Shown here piece by piece: positions 38,426 through 51,794 of a DNA stretch of 64,000 nt. The stretch is from Tubulanus polymorphus. Its lineage: Eukaryota; Animalia; Nemertea. The position numbers were made by a program, and so were the translations under genes. Each line of letters begins with the position of its first letter. Within the stretch, counting starts at the first letter, position 1. The stretch lies in the NCBI RefSeq assembly GCF_964204645.1, contig NC_134025.1:11098001-11162000 (forward strand). Reading direction: 5' to 3'. A model generated the notes under the pieces. It did no database searches, was not told where the DNA came from, and saw only the letters and a program-made list of their open reading frames with translations.

Positions 38426-39937
38426 ACATTCGTGTTAAGTCGAAGATACATAACATCTATGTAGGATTAATATACTGGAGAAATGCAACAATAATTCAGC
38501 CAAATATAAAGTAAAGTTATTCGGTAAAAGTGTATATATATTATATTTGAGCAACATTTCGGCTTAGGCCATGATCTTCATTTCGTATAAACTTTCAAGT
38601 TCGCTTTTTCTAGTTTCATTTCTCTAGAATACTAGCTAATGAAACGCTGATTTCGAATTCAAATGGATCTAGCAGTTAAACCACTTAGATTTCAGTTCCG
38701 AACCAGCAGTTAAATTTAGAAAAAAAAAACGAATTATGAACGGTCTCAACGACAATGCGCGCACGTGTACGCACGCGAATAGCGTATTCGCCGTACATAT
38801 ATTCAGGGTGTGGTTGAAATGATTCGCTCCGAGGAGGAAACGCGCTCGCTGAAAATTTCATAAAAACCGTTTTGTCCGTGTGGCGTGCGACAACGACAAC
38901 ACTCGAGGATGTAAAATTTACGACGCGTCGATTTTAAAGTTTATCCCTAAAAACGACGAGGTGTAATTTGACCACCAGCTACGCCGGCGCCGCCGTTGTA
39001 AGCGTACACACTCACACACACGGAGACAAAGAACCGAAAATTACCGGCAGCCATTTTTCCACGCGGTTTCGAATTCAACTCCGCGGTGTGAGGCCATGTT
39101 TAATTGAATTCGGTAAAAGTTTAGTCATAGATATGAAAGGAAAGCGAGTTCAATTAAATAACGAGCCGACTTCGTTCTCTCGTGTCATACGACACAACTT
39201 CTTTCGCGCGTGATGTTTTTTTTTCATCACGTGACGGTCGATCGATTGTCGGCAACTTACGCGACGACGACGGCGACGAGAAAAATTTGGATTAATTTTT
39301 CATTTTTTTGCGCTGAAAAACACAAACGGATCGCGGTGACGGCGGCGTCGAAAGGGCCAATTCAAAAACACGAACGCGAGAGGAAAATTGAAGAACCATT
39401 AACCCTATCGACGCTAGATAAGGGTCGGATCTCCATCCATGCGGGAATGAAGGGATGCCTGACCTGATAGATGCGTTCAGAAGGACACTTCTCCCCGTGG
39501 GACTCGATGATCGATACACAGTTACACAGTTAAATATCAATATAGGCTGTGGGTAATATCACTTAATCACGAGTGTTACTGGTCCTGCGCTTATCGCGGA
39601 GATCGACACTCAAAGCTCTCAAATCTCAACTCGTAATGACTGACGCGGGATTTCCGCTGGGTACCCGTCATCGACGCCGCGGCTGTAACCGGAATCGATG
39701 CGCGTTTTTACCAATTGCCTAGGTCCTAACGCGAAGTTGAACAGGCGGGGGAGATGCTGCTATGGATTCTACAAGGAACTGACTTGTCTCAGCTATGAAA
39801 ATTGTAGCAAGCAGACAGGACACATAGGCTATAACGGTCAATTTTATGCATTCTTGGACGCTTGTGTAACATCTGAACTTCGATGTCTAGAAATCTAGTT
39901 CGAAGTCGATTTCGTTGATGTTTAACTGACCGTTAAT

Positions 39938-39956
39938 TACGCCATCTGGTGGCGTA
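39938..39956 (-). promoter_or_regulatory. CTCF-like binding motif
   Basis: The minus strand reads TACGCCACCAGATGGCGTA, matching the CTCF core CCACYAGRKGGCR. Confidence 0.55.
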
Positions 39957-42042
39957 CGGGTGCCTTATTGAATTAAACTTAGCCATCAGACCTTACCGAA
40001 AATAAACGTAATGCATATCATGGGCTCCTCCCACGCCGAAGGTTGTTGACCAAAAATTGATCGATAGACTTGTCTCATATATTACGTTATCATCATAAGT
40101 CCTATTCCGCAATTCAATTAAAATTGACTTTGGCTTATTTCACCGAGCCACCACCGCTGCATAACTTTCTCCCTGCCGGCAATAAAACCCAGATTGCGAT
40201 AAAACCCTACAGCGCGCGCGCACACTGCACACACACACACACACATGACTGAGAGATGACCAAAAGCAGCTTATTTGTAATACCCAATAATAGCCATTCA
40301 GGCGTAATTTCCTGCCTTATTGCCAATCATGAAATTTACTACCCGGCCGCAAGCTGACCACTAAAAGTAAATGAAGACCGGTGCTTCAACGGCGGCAGCG
40401 ACGGGCAGTCATCACTCTAATAGCCACATGGAGCTTTTACGGCCATAAGCCATCGACATCCTGTTTTATATCTCGACAGTCACCTGATAAGGGGAAGTGC
40501 ATGCTGAAAGCATCGACGAGATAATCCATTTCCTTGGCTATTTTCCTGAACCTTATACTTCTCTTCTTCTTCGGGAATTAAAAATTCGGCCATTATACAT
40601 TATACGAAATGGGGATTCCAGCACGACAAAAGAAATTTGGAAATTCGGCGGCATATACGTATTCTACGATCAAAACTTTCTAGATGACGACAAAATACTG
40701 CGCAAAAAAAACTTCATATTCTCGCAATTTTTTCCCCATACAGCACGTTAATACCCTATGGGACTGTGCATTGTATGGCGAATGCTGAGCTGTCATTATG
40801 ACATCTTTAGTTGTGCAGAGGCAACATCTGGCCTGGACACTCGGCACTTACTACTATTATAGCTTACGCGATACACTTACGAGCTATGTGAAATCGCATC
40901 GAAAAAAAAATAGCGTTTTCATAAACTATATCTCTGAATCATGGACGCAACGCGATATAGTCGTTCAGTTGTAGAGTGGCGCTTCGATGCGAAAGCGATT
41001 TTATACCAAGTCCAAAACTTGTTCCTTATAAATCGATAGGGCAGCTGCGAAAGTGAAAACGACATTGGCAGGTTTTAAATTTGACAAACATGAGCAAATG
41101 ACCCTGAATTGATCCAAGCAACTAACCCCCAAAATGGACATTGTAAACTTATCATCAAGCTCCTCGTCTCAGCACTTGCAACTGTGTACAGCATTAAAGC
41201 TCGCTTAGTGACCCTTTCCATATTGTCAATCCAGTATTTTGTATATTTTGTTAATCATAAAAATTTTTGTGGAATAAATAAATCATATCATATCATCATA
41301 TTCAAAAACATTGATGGGAAACGTATATGCACTCAACCTTTGATATCATAACACTAGTCGGACACTCACTTCATCACTTACTTCATCCTATATAGAACTA
41401 CTTGCTATTTTCTTACAAGACGACAAAAACGATAACTATTGATAATCTTATCCCGGTTATCATCGGGGGTCGACCGGAACTTAATTGGTTTCCGTGACTG
41501 CGACAGCGAGTTCAAACCGTGGTCAAAATGCGATTAATTCCTAAGATGGACCGTAAATGCAAAATGATCTTTATCGCGCAAGACCGCGTGTATGCGTGCG
41601 GCTCGAAAGTATTTTGGCGAGTCATTTCGTTTGATGCGACTTATCGGTTAGATCATATCGTATACGCATAGATTACAAGAAAATACGAAAGCAAGAGTCA
41701 ATTTACTTCAACTAAAACTTATGCCAATACAAACAGGGTAGGTATGGCGGTATGAACAATCATTATTTTCAAGTTTGCTATTGTTTTCGTAAGTAATTGA
41801 GTATACTTTCACGGGTCTGACTCCGCCCGGTGAATTCTAGAGTCATGTACAAACTACCATAAGCCTTACTTGATGGAGGGAGTCCATAGAGAGAAGTTCT
41901 AAATCATACAGCCATTGTACTTCAGTGCCATGATCTATATCTGTACATTCTAAACTAAAACTACAGTAAACCTAAGCTTAAATAAACTATCAAAAATAAA
42001 CTTTTCAAAAACCAATCTTGGCAATGAACATTGCCAGTCACA

Positions 42043-42145
42043 CTTGTGATTGGGCATTATCCCCTAGCCTATATCTTCGTGTAGCAATTAACTCTTGTGA
42101 TTGGGCATTATCCCCTAGCCTATATCTTCGTGTAGCAATTAACTC
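42043..42145 (+). repeat. Perfect 51-bp tandem duplication
   Basis: CTTGTGATTGGGCATTATCCCCTAGCCTATATCTTCGTGTAGCAATTAACT at 42043 and 42094. Confidence 0.95.
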
Positions 42146-43214
42146 TGCTTCCCAACACAGAGGAGTCTTCATGGAAACCGTATACCCAATTTCTCCTTGG
42201 TGGTGGACAACCAATATCAGACCCAGACAACATATCGTCAGTTGAACTGGTGCCCACGTGTCATCCATTCCTAAACATTCGATGACAAACGCGGGACCAC
42301 AAAATATCATCAAAAGCTGAATGAACTGCGAGATGTTTTTTTCCATAAAGCAGGGCCTAATAGTCGAACAAAGTTAAGTAATCATCATCAGAAAAGTCCC
42401 TGCATTACTGAAGTTGTCACCATTTTAGTACTTTCAATTCAATTTAGGCCCAAATAGCAAGTGTAACTCATTAAGTTATTTGGCCAAGTCATCAACATAA
42501 TGCTGGTCCCAGTTATAATGATTGAAAGTTACAAAGCAGAGATCTCAAGTCTATCCAGTCGAGCTGAAATTCTTCGTATCGAGAAGTTTTCGCAAACATC
42601 GAGTTTAAAAACCTACAAATTAGCGATCAATGCATGTTATCTACGATCAACGAGTATTTGGGTGACTCTTTGACGGCGCCCGTGCTCTCCTCCCCGCGAT
42701 AATGAAGCCGAACCAATCGCGGGGGGCATTCATCATACGTTTAATTTCGGGTTCTTTCTCGCGTTTTCTTATCAATCGCGATCGCGCGCGATTGCCGTAC
42801 GCTCGAAAAACTTGCCTCCGAGGAGTGATGGATCCGAAATCAATGTAGGTCATTAATCAAAAAAGATTCATGATCGATTTTATAATGTATTATCGCCGTG
42901 GCATTAATTAAAAACAGTTTCAATAGACTCATTATGCAACTCGTATCGAGCTATCAAAATTCGCTAATAAGTAGAAAGAATATAATGCGAAAATTAGGCA
43001 ATTCTTTTTTGCCTACTGGGCAGTTGTTACGTTGCATTTCCTCGTTCATCGGCGACAAAACAAACGATCTTTTAATTCTAAACAAATTCGTCTCGCGGTT
43101 TTAATTACGTCTGATGATTACCGAGAGAGAAGTCGAAAACGTCACCGGGTAGAAAACACAATACGGGCTGCCGGGACGCAAGCTCGGTGCGCTCGGGCAC
43201 ACCGCGCTACCGGC

Positions 43215-43510
43215 GTCTATGATTGACAGGCTCGGTTAGATTTTCATTAATTACCAGCGCAACGCGCGCTACAGATAACAACAACTAATGCCGCAAATTC
43301 AAAGTTTGAAAAATTAAGGCATCATTGGGCCATTAATCTTAAAATTCGTACACGAGCAAATTGATTGTGAAAAATCCGAGAGCGCGTAAGCGAGAAGGAC
43401 ATTTCCTAATAACTCTGTTGCATGCAAATTAGCCGAGACGTAAACTTCGCCGAACTTTAATTACATTTCATTTGCAATCATTTGACAGAATGGAAATCTT
43501 AACTGCCAAG
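43215..43510. promoter_or_regulatory. Candidate developmental enhancer
   Basis: Pbx/Prep-Meis decamer TGATTGACAG (43220-43229), octamer ATGCAAAT (43422-43429), TAATTA homeodomain sites and a second TGACAG. Confidence 0.35.
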
Positions 43511-44860
43511 GGTAAAAAGCGAAAGACAGAGCGGACGGCGATAGGCGCAATTAAAACGACGAAAAGATAGCTATTCCCCCTCCGCCCCGTCATTCGAAAT
43601 GAAGACGGATGCACAAAATAACGGAACTAATTCTTGTCAAGTTTACGGTATACATATTCCAGTTCATCTAATAAGGCAAACTATCCCTATCATGGACCAG
43701 TTAAAACTATACATCCCATTTTTTGGGAATACTCTATATATAACCTAAAAACAACTAAGATTTGAATAAAAACTTATTCGAACTACGAAGACGTCACAAC
43801 TGCAAAACTAGACATTTTCTTAACATAGGTGACATCATCAGTCATTTTTTTGGATATTCATGGAATACGAAGACCATCTTTATAGTTGATGAAGCTTCAG
43901 ACACATTTTTCAGTCGAAAAAGAGTCATCAACTCCATAGTCATGACTCTAAAGTTTGGTTAACTGACTCCGTAGATGGTTGAAATCCAATTGCGAAGCAT
44001 CAACTGAAATTTTTAGATCTTCCATTTCTAAAATCTATCGAGCGATCGAAGCAATAAACTAAATCGCGAGCACATCAAACAGAAACTTTCAAAGCCGTCA
44101 ATTATCGACTTTCACAACAAATTGAAACCAATTCGAAAAAGGCGATGGGTGGGGGGGACACAGCAAATATTGTATAGTCCTTCCGCCGCGTGACATCCAA
44201 ACATTGCAAAACGAAACGCTTTACGATTTCGCGATCATTTCGATGTCATTTTTCAAAACGGTTAAAACCGTTTCCATCTGTCGCCGATGAAATAACGCTT
44301 CGTTTTGCGATGTTTTCACCGTTTTGACAGTTTCTCGACGGTTCGCAATCGTCGAAATGCTTTCTACGTAATTAATTTCAACCAAATCGGCCGCTCGCAC
44401 AAACGGACCGTCTTGCACAACGTATCGCAAACAAATCGCGCGCCGCCCGCCCGTTGTTCGTATAATCATTTCAATTTTTCGAAAAATCCACAAAAAGACG
44501 CACGGGGTAAATGTTTGCTGATGCTTTCGTCTTCATTTGCAACACTTCGGCGACGATTTTGACACGTCTCGCTGCGAGAGATTATCGAAACTTTGATCGA
44601 CGAAGTGCATTATTCTTGATATCAAAAGTAGAAATTCAATAATCGCCATCTCAATAGCCGGAATTGTTACCGAACCAGCTGACTAAGAATCGATCGAATC
44701 TATCGGAATATTGCAACGACAAAATAGCTGGATTTTTTTGTAAAATTTGCCTGTCAACAAAATGCCAATTTTCAGAAAAGGCTGGCGGACTTAGTAGCAG
44801 GTGAAGGTTTAATAAGCTTAATTACTCCTCAGAAATATCAGTTTTAAGTATAAACACCAG

Positions 44861-44998
44861 GGGCTGGTTGCATAGTCATGGCTTAGACTTAAGATCAGTC
44901 TATGACCAACTTAGTTCTTTAGCCAATCTAACAACTTAAGACCAGTCTTAAGATCTAAGACCACTTTTGAACTTAAGTCACGACAGGGCAACTGGCCC
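44861..44998. mobile_element. Harbinger/PIF-like MITE with an intact CAG target duplication
   Basis: GGGCTGGTTGC...GCAACTGGCCC imperfect TIRs, extending to GTC.TG.CTTA; CAG at 44858-44860 and 44999-45001. Confidence 0.8.
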
Positions 44999-45317
44999 CA
45001 GGGGAATTCACCAGTCCGACAGAAAATATATTCTAGGGTAAAAACATCGGAAATGAGCTAATTTAGCATATACAAAGACAAACTTAAACCGGACCTGTGA
45101 ACTTTTATCATAAAGGGTTGAAATCAGCAAATATGAAGGTTAAAGGTTAAATCCGGCTCGTACGTATCTTCATCAAATATCGTTCGACCTTCATGATTAG
45201 GTCTTGAATGTCGAATTCTACTTTCTTTGACTCGAACTCTGCTGTAATAGGCTCTTGTGGACGCGGCGGTTCGCTTCGGGCAGATTCCGCGTCGCGATTA
45301 CGCATTGTCCATCTTAC

Positions 45318-45780
45318 TTGAATATTTGTTGCCAACCGCTTATCCGCAAAAAAATCTCGAGCCGAAGCTAACCGCTGCGCAAACGCCCGCAGAAAATGAT
45401 CGCCATCGCATGATACGTTTCTCGAGCGGCTGTTTTATCTGACCACCAACAAGCCGGTATCACATGACTGCGCTGATGCGCTGAGCGAGGGGTTTGTCTG
45501 TTTTCTTGCATGAGATAACTGATTGGTTTCAATGGCCAGCTAGGTCTCTCTCTCTAGCCTCTCTTCCCATCTTCACTCTCTCTCTCTCAATGCTCTCGCG
45601 CCAATAACCTCTTGTGCGGAATGCGCAATAGATAGACATTTTCTATTGCAAAAGGAAGCATCAAGGACTGCGTCTGAATAATCAAAATGAACGATGATTG
45701 GTGGTCAGCCAATGACGACAAGTACATAACGTCGACTTAATGAGTACTTTATTACCATTGGGGCAGCCACCAATAAAAAT
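45318..45780 (-). promoter_or_regulatory. Candidate promoter plus non-coding first exon, minus strand
   Basis: Inr-like GCAGTC at ~45466-45471; CCAAT box CTGATTGGTT at 45519-45528; (CT)n tracts at 45545-45590; four or more further CCAAT words up to 45775; donor CAA|GTAAGA at 45318/45317. Confidence 0.4.
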
Positions 45781-47698
45781 AAGTGTTAGATAATGAGTTA
45801 AGAGAAAAAAGCTGCTCATATCATGTTCTATGCCATCATGAACAAAAACTTATATGTACATGAACATATCATCTTTGAAAACGTGATTAAAAAATATTTT
45901 GCTACAGTAGACCCTTCCATACAGTATGACCCCACCAAATAACCCCTATTATCATCATCAGATGCTAATGACTGGCTGTCGAATACAAGCTATTCGACTG
46001 TTTGACTATTCTATTTGACTAAGTCATAGAGGATCTAGTCGGCAGCCATCTTAAACCGAGGGTCTGGACTATGTACATCGAGTAATATGGTGGCGAGCGA
46101 AAATCAGAGTTCCGAGTCGATTCTGATTTTGGTAGCGAGCGATTTGACAATGAATATGGATTTAATTAGTCGAGAGAGGCCTCTCTTCTTCGTTTGCTGA
46201 AATTACAAGCACGCCGGGTCATTAACGAGTAGGACGGCATGAATCACAATCCATTTCAATGAGATAAATTCGCGCGGACTGTTTTAACGGCACGCGCCGC
46301 GCGACAGAGGCCCCGAAATTAAATTAGTCCATTTGCAAATTGAGCAATCTAAATATGCAAATTTCGCGCGGGGACAGCCCCGTTTAACAGGTGGAAAATA
46401 AAGGTTCACGAGAGCAAGATGAATAATTTCGCGTTAATTATGCCGTGATTCGAACGCATTATTACGTATCATCGCCTTACGGAGAGATGAAAGGCATGTT
46501 CAAATTAGGCGTTCACGCCACTCTTGAAACAAATTTATGGTCATAAGAGCAAAGGAAATTGAAGACTTTTACAAAATACGAATTATAATATAAACAACGC
46601 AGATAGTAATCTGGGTAAAAGGGTTAAAGTTGTAAAAATGTTCTATAAAATGATAGGACATGGTCGTGGTTGCAGTCCATACGTCAGTTATCTATTCAAT
46701 TACGTTAAAATGTCTGAGTTGAGGTCTCGGATGATTGGCTAGATCAATAATTTCTTGAAAATCTATATGGTCCAAGTCATAGAGTCCGTGGCTGAGCTGA
46801 ACGCAACAAAAGCGGGAAAAGGTGCTCTTGGAAAGGCAGCAAGTTGGCATTGTCTTCAGTTTCTGATGTAAATATGCTATGCATGCAACCAAAAATACAT
46901 TGAGAGGAAAAATGAACAACTTATAAAAGAATATTCGTAAAAAATATGATCTTGGTATCACTGGTTTCAGCTGGCCTTCCTCTATCTTCCTCTAATGAAT
47001 AACTTCATAAAACCTTTAATGCATTAGTATTGCTGTAGGTTTTTTTGATGCAACTGAAGACACTCTATAATGGTCACACGGCAGTATCGTCATAGACCTG
47101 GGAGAAGAGAGTAGTACACTAAAAAGATCAACTACAAAAGCCGAGTCATTTCTCAGTTCCCGAGGTGGTAACTGATGACAAATTCAATAAAATCGGACCG
47201 CGACGACTTCGCTGTAGAAATGGATGCCGATATTAAAACGGCATTGGTCAGAAAATTGGTTGGCATTGATAGCGACACCGGCGCTGAGAATGAAGTCCCC
47301 GTGGCTGGGTGACGCGGATAAATTGAATATCGAACCCTAAGAGAAACGCGAGCGATTTAATGTTTTTTCCTAAGGTGACTTGATATCATCAATGGCCACC
47401 AAATCGCATTTTTCACAACGATCCGCAGAATTACCATACGCGCGAAACCGAAGCCGCGCACAAACGTATCATACAGTTCATTCCACTCGCAAAAAAAACT
47501 ATCCTATGATCTCATCAAGCACTTTCTTGGATCCCAAACACGTCCTGAACATTGGTCTTAGTCTTTCAACGTAAGACGTCTTTGATACCGATGAGAGAAG
47601 ACATTTAGCTCAATCGGACATTTTCATCTTTTGATTAAGCCCATTTTGGACGTAGTCTAAGTCTCTACCATGGTGGCACCATGGGGTAAACTTTTATC

Positions 47699-47832
47699 CT
47701 GGGGCCAGTTGCTCAAAAATTGGTTTAAGATAACCAGGCGCTAAATACCATAGTTTCAATGTACTTTCAATTGTCAATATGTCAACTATCCACTGGTTAA
47801 CTCCAACCAACTTTTGAGCAACTGGCTCCCAG
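47699..47832. mobile_element. Harbinger-like MITE, uninterrupted copy of the 11159 family
   Basis: TIRs GGGGCCAGTTGCTCAAAAATTGGTT and AACCAACTTTTGAGCAACTGGCTCCC; CWG flanks. Confidence 0.85.
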
Positions 47833-50800
47833 CCTTTTAAACTCATTGAAGCTCATTTCTTTGAGACTATAGTCATTTTCAGCCCGATGGAAGAGGTCAA
47901 ATCCTACAAACAAAGACAGATCTTCTAAGCTAGGTACATTCTTGGACATATACGTCTTCGCAACTGCAGAGAAACTCGCTTAACAGCATCATCACGAAGA
48001 TGTGCAGGTAAAAATAGAGCAGCCGGTGCTGGCATTACTATGCAGTTTACTATCGTCGTAACCGCGTAGTGAAAACTGATATACGTTTATAGTTTTTCCC
48101 ATTGTCTAAAATGACACTTAAGCCGCAGAGTCACGTCCGCGGTCAACGTAAGAGACCACTTGAACGCTACGTCGACGTGAATACCGCTTAATAAATGGGC
48201 ATCTCTTGCGTCGCGCACGAAGTTATCGCTAATACAACCATCCTGACATCGATTAGACGCGAATCGCTGCGAAGAAGCCTAATTTTTGACCGGTCGAGGA
48301 AGTTCCTACGGGCTCGAATCGATAGAACTCACATCGAAACGTGAGGTTTGAGTTGAAACAAAAAAAGCTGAAAACATGCATCATTCTATTCGAAAACTTA
48401 GGCTTCGTCGTAGAAAAAGAGTAGATACGTCTTAAGTGCTGTTTGGTATTCCCGATGCGGAATGCATCGCCGTACTAATGGTGTTAGACTTTGTTGCGTC
48501 ACTTTTTTTTTGCTGTCCGACCCGACGACGAGTCCCTCTTCAGACTTTAAAATGCAAACTAGCGCGAGTTTTATCTGAATGCGCGATGCTGAATAATTCA
48601 GATATTCGCCGCGGAATTAGAGGCGCTGGGGCATTGCATTAGGATGCAAGCGGCGCTCCCGCGGTTCGCCAGTTACCATATATAATGAACGCCGATCCGA
48701 AATCCAAACTTTAAATTTTAATTCTTCGAAAAATATCGACAAATCATCGCGGAGAGACGAAACGGCGAGCGCGCGCGGCAAGTGCGCATTTTATCAGCCA
48801 TACGGGAATTCGCCGGGACTCATTGGTATGACGACGGCGTAACCGATCTTTCTAGAGATTGGACGTGCATTTCGACGACGACGACAAAGAACGAGACCGC
48901 TGCGCTGATTTTCGTTGAATCTTTTTAACGATTCGAAAACGCCCGCCGCCACCGAGGCGTAACCACTCATGTAGTATTACTGCCCGAGCGGGGACTGACG
49001 CAGCGAGTCCCCATCTGCCCCGCCGTCAATAAAGAACGCGAACGATACGCACGCCGCAGTCGGCGTTACAGCGACTACGCGCGCGCGGATGAATTAATTT
49101 GACTTTTTTTTCCCGGTGACTGAAGACTGGTAGTGTAAGATTAATCGCGAGTCAATGAGATCAGCTGTCATTCATCAACGAATGAATTTACGACTCACGT
49201 ACGACGACGACAAGTTAGAATCGAATTCGAAAAACGACTGATTGAAATGTGAAAAGTTTCATACATCAACAGATATCTGAAGCCGTACGGGAAAAAAAAA
49301 CGACGTAAATCTATCAGTTTCAACACCTTTCGCGAAGCGATCAGTCCGCATCTTTATGGAATAAGCGATCTTATTCGAAGGGTAGTTATTAAGTCTGATC
49401 TTAAGAATTTTGTCGTAGAATTCTAGCATTTCTGAGTCCCTCAACCGATTCCTTAAGATTCTATCCATTGCGCGACCTGGTGTCACAAAGTTCAATTCAA
49501 ATTTTGGTTCTCGCTCAATTCTTAAAGATTTAATGCAATTATTACATGGCTTCAAATAGTAATTCAAAGTAATCAAACAGTTTCAAATAGTAATTTAAAT
49601 TTCACGCCGTATTGATACGGGTACCTAGCTGCACTTCGTGTTACCCCATTAAGACTAGCAAAACCACCGTTTTAAGCTCAATCCTTTCTCATGAAACAAG
49701 GACCAAGACTTCAATAGATCCCAATTCTGCGAAGTTAAACATCAAATACGCTGAATGGATTAGTCGAAATCTGTCAAAATTACCACACACAGGGAGAGAG
49801 AGTTCGGTTAATCCACGAAAATGAGGATCCTCACAAAAGATAACACGCATGACTGAACGCGATCAAATTCGAAAAAAATTAGTGACAAATCGCTCCTTCG
49901 TCGAGAACGAAGTACTTATTCCGCCACGCATCGCCAGAACATCGGTTATCATTTGTAAGACAAGATGCGAGCGTATTGTCGCATAATTGAGGAATCAGTG
50001 CATTAAACCAACGCGGCAACCTTAAATCCCCGACTGACGAGGGGAAGGTCGTGAACCCCTGCGCACGCTGACACAATGTCTTTGTTCGGAAATAGCCATG
50101 AATTTTTCTCTTCCCAAAAAAACCGAGCATTCATCTTGATATATACACGTATATAAGCATTGGTGAACCAGACCCGACTACCTTGGCATTTAGATTCGGA
50201 GTAAGTTTTAATGCTTGAAAATGAACTAGAAATGAATGCGATGTTGATATTTTGAGAATAATTCGCGTCGAATAGAAACTATTATCAAATGAATGTAGTT
50301 GGTAATTGTCAGGTCTGGTACATCATCAATTTGCTGAAAAAGCTACAGTATGGTTTTATAGACAGATTACAATTATCACAGAAACAACTAGACAATTTCA
50401 AAGATGTGCCTTATCATTGGATATGAAGTCAGTAACTTGTCCATAGAACAATACCATATATTCTGGACCCATTACCCCAGTTGCTGGATAAATTTGACTC
50501 TTCCACTTAAAACAGCTCAGCGTATAGAAATAAGTTGTCGATTCGAAAATCTTCATCAACAACCGAGGAACCGGGACCAGCATTGTATACACAAAATATA
50601 ATCTTATGAAAGAACTTTCCAAGTTTGTGCCATCCGCGCCCCTTGAAATTCAGCCAGCTCAAAAAATGATGATCATTTCAAGATCAAGATCATACAACTA
50701 ATATCTTCATCAGCAAACTATATATCAATTGTTAGTATAGGGAAAGTTGAAAGTTCAAAATCAATACAATAGGTGAATCCGGGCTTTCGGGGGGCAGTGA

Positions 50801-51392
50801 CAAACTTTCAAGTCATTCAAAAAGGTTTGCTTATTAAGTACTCACGATAACTTGACATACCTCGTTCTGTTCCAGGAGCTGAAAAATATAAGCGAAATAC
50901 ATATAAATATAAGAGAGTAGAAACATTTCGATAAAAACATTCAAACTTATAAAAAAAAACAAAGAAAAATGTTCAGAAATGTCCCTCGATCAACAATCGA
51001 TGATAGACCGTACCGAAAACTACTGATATATCGATGAGTTGAATAGCGGTGGTTTAATGATTTCAACGATCCATAATGTTAAGAGTTACGCATATATGCC
51101 AACGTATATAAAATTTTTGCAACGAAAATCGCGATCATTTCAAAGCCTCGAGCTTAATTTTCAGATATATATGCGCCGCTGCTTTTAAAGCGAAAATGAT
51201 GACCACACCCGGTTCGCGATTTTAACAAGCGTTCGCGTTCGCCGTAGCTATTACCGCCGTTAAAAATGTGCTGACGAACATGAACTGCTAGGTGTGACCA
51301 AGAAGAGTTGAAATTCAGGCATAGGGGCAATTTATGTATAATTGGGCTTAGTTTTTCGAACTCCTGTGCACGTCTCATAACGCCAAACACAA

Positions 51393-51607
51393 CAGGGGCG
51401 GATTTAGTGGTGGTCTTGGGGTTAGGGACCCCTGCCTTCCCGTTGAGGTTGCCCTTTTCGTCAAGACAGAGAAAGTTATAACCTGCAAACTTGACACTCA
51501 TCCCGGGAATTCGCATCTTTTAGGATGTATTTTTTCAAAGATATCTTAACGCCCAAGGGTAGGACCTGGCTTGTGGCCTATGACATGGCTCCTGGATCTG
51601 CCAAGTG
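51393..51607. mobile_element. CAGGGGCGGAT-family MITE, degenerate
   Basis: Left end CAGGGGCGGATTTAG; right end CCTGGATCTGCC. Confidence 0.55.
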
Positions 51608-51678
51608 TCAGGAGTTTGGTATTGATCTGTACCGAGAGTGCATGCCCGAAAATACTGCCTCCCCCTGCTTGTAACAAC

Positions 51679-51794
51679 CTGGGCCCAGTTCCACAGTTGT
51701 GAGTTAGAGTTAAGTCTGAGTAAAGATCAGTTCATTTTCAATGTATTAACTACTTAGAGTTAAATCTAACTCATAACCGTGGAACTGGATCCAG
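51679..51794 (+). mobile_element. Harbinger-like MITE (GGGCCCAGTTCCACAG family)
   Basis: ~30-bp imperfect TIRs, CTG/CAG flanks, collinear with 31493-31595. Confidence 0.85.

Noticed and set aside
30483-44880. Partial matches to conserved miRNA 5' ends (miR-217-like at 30483, miR-33-like at ~40766, miR-153-like at 44868)
   Set aside because: Matches stop after 9-12 nt with no precursor hairpin evident; the last lies in a MITE TIR.
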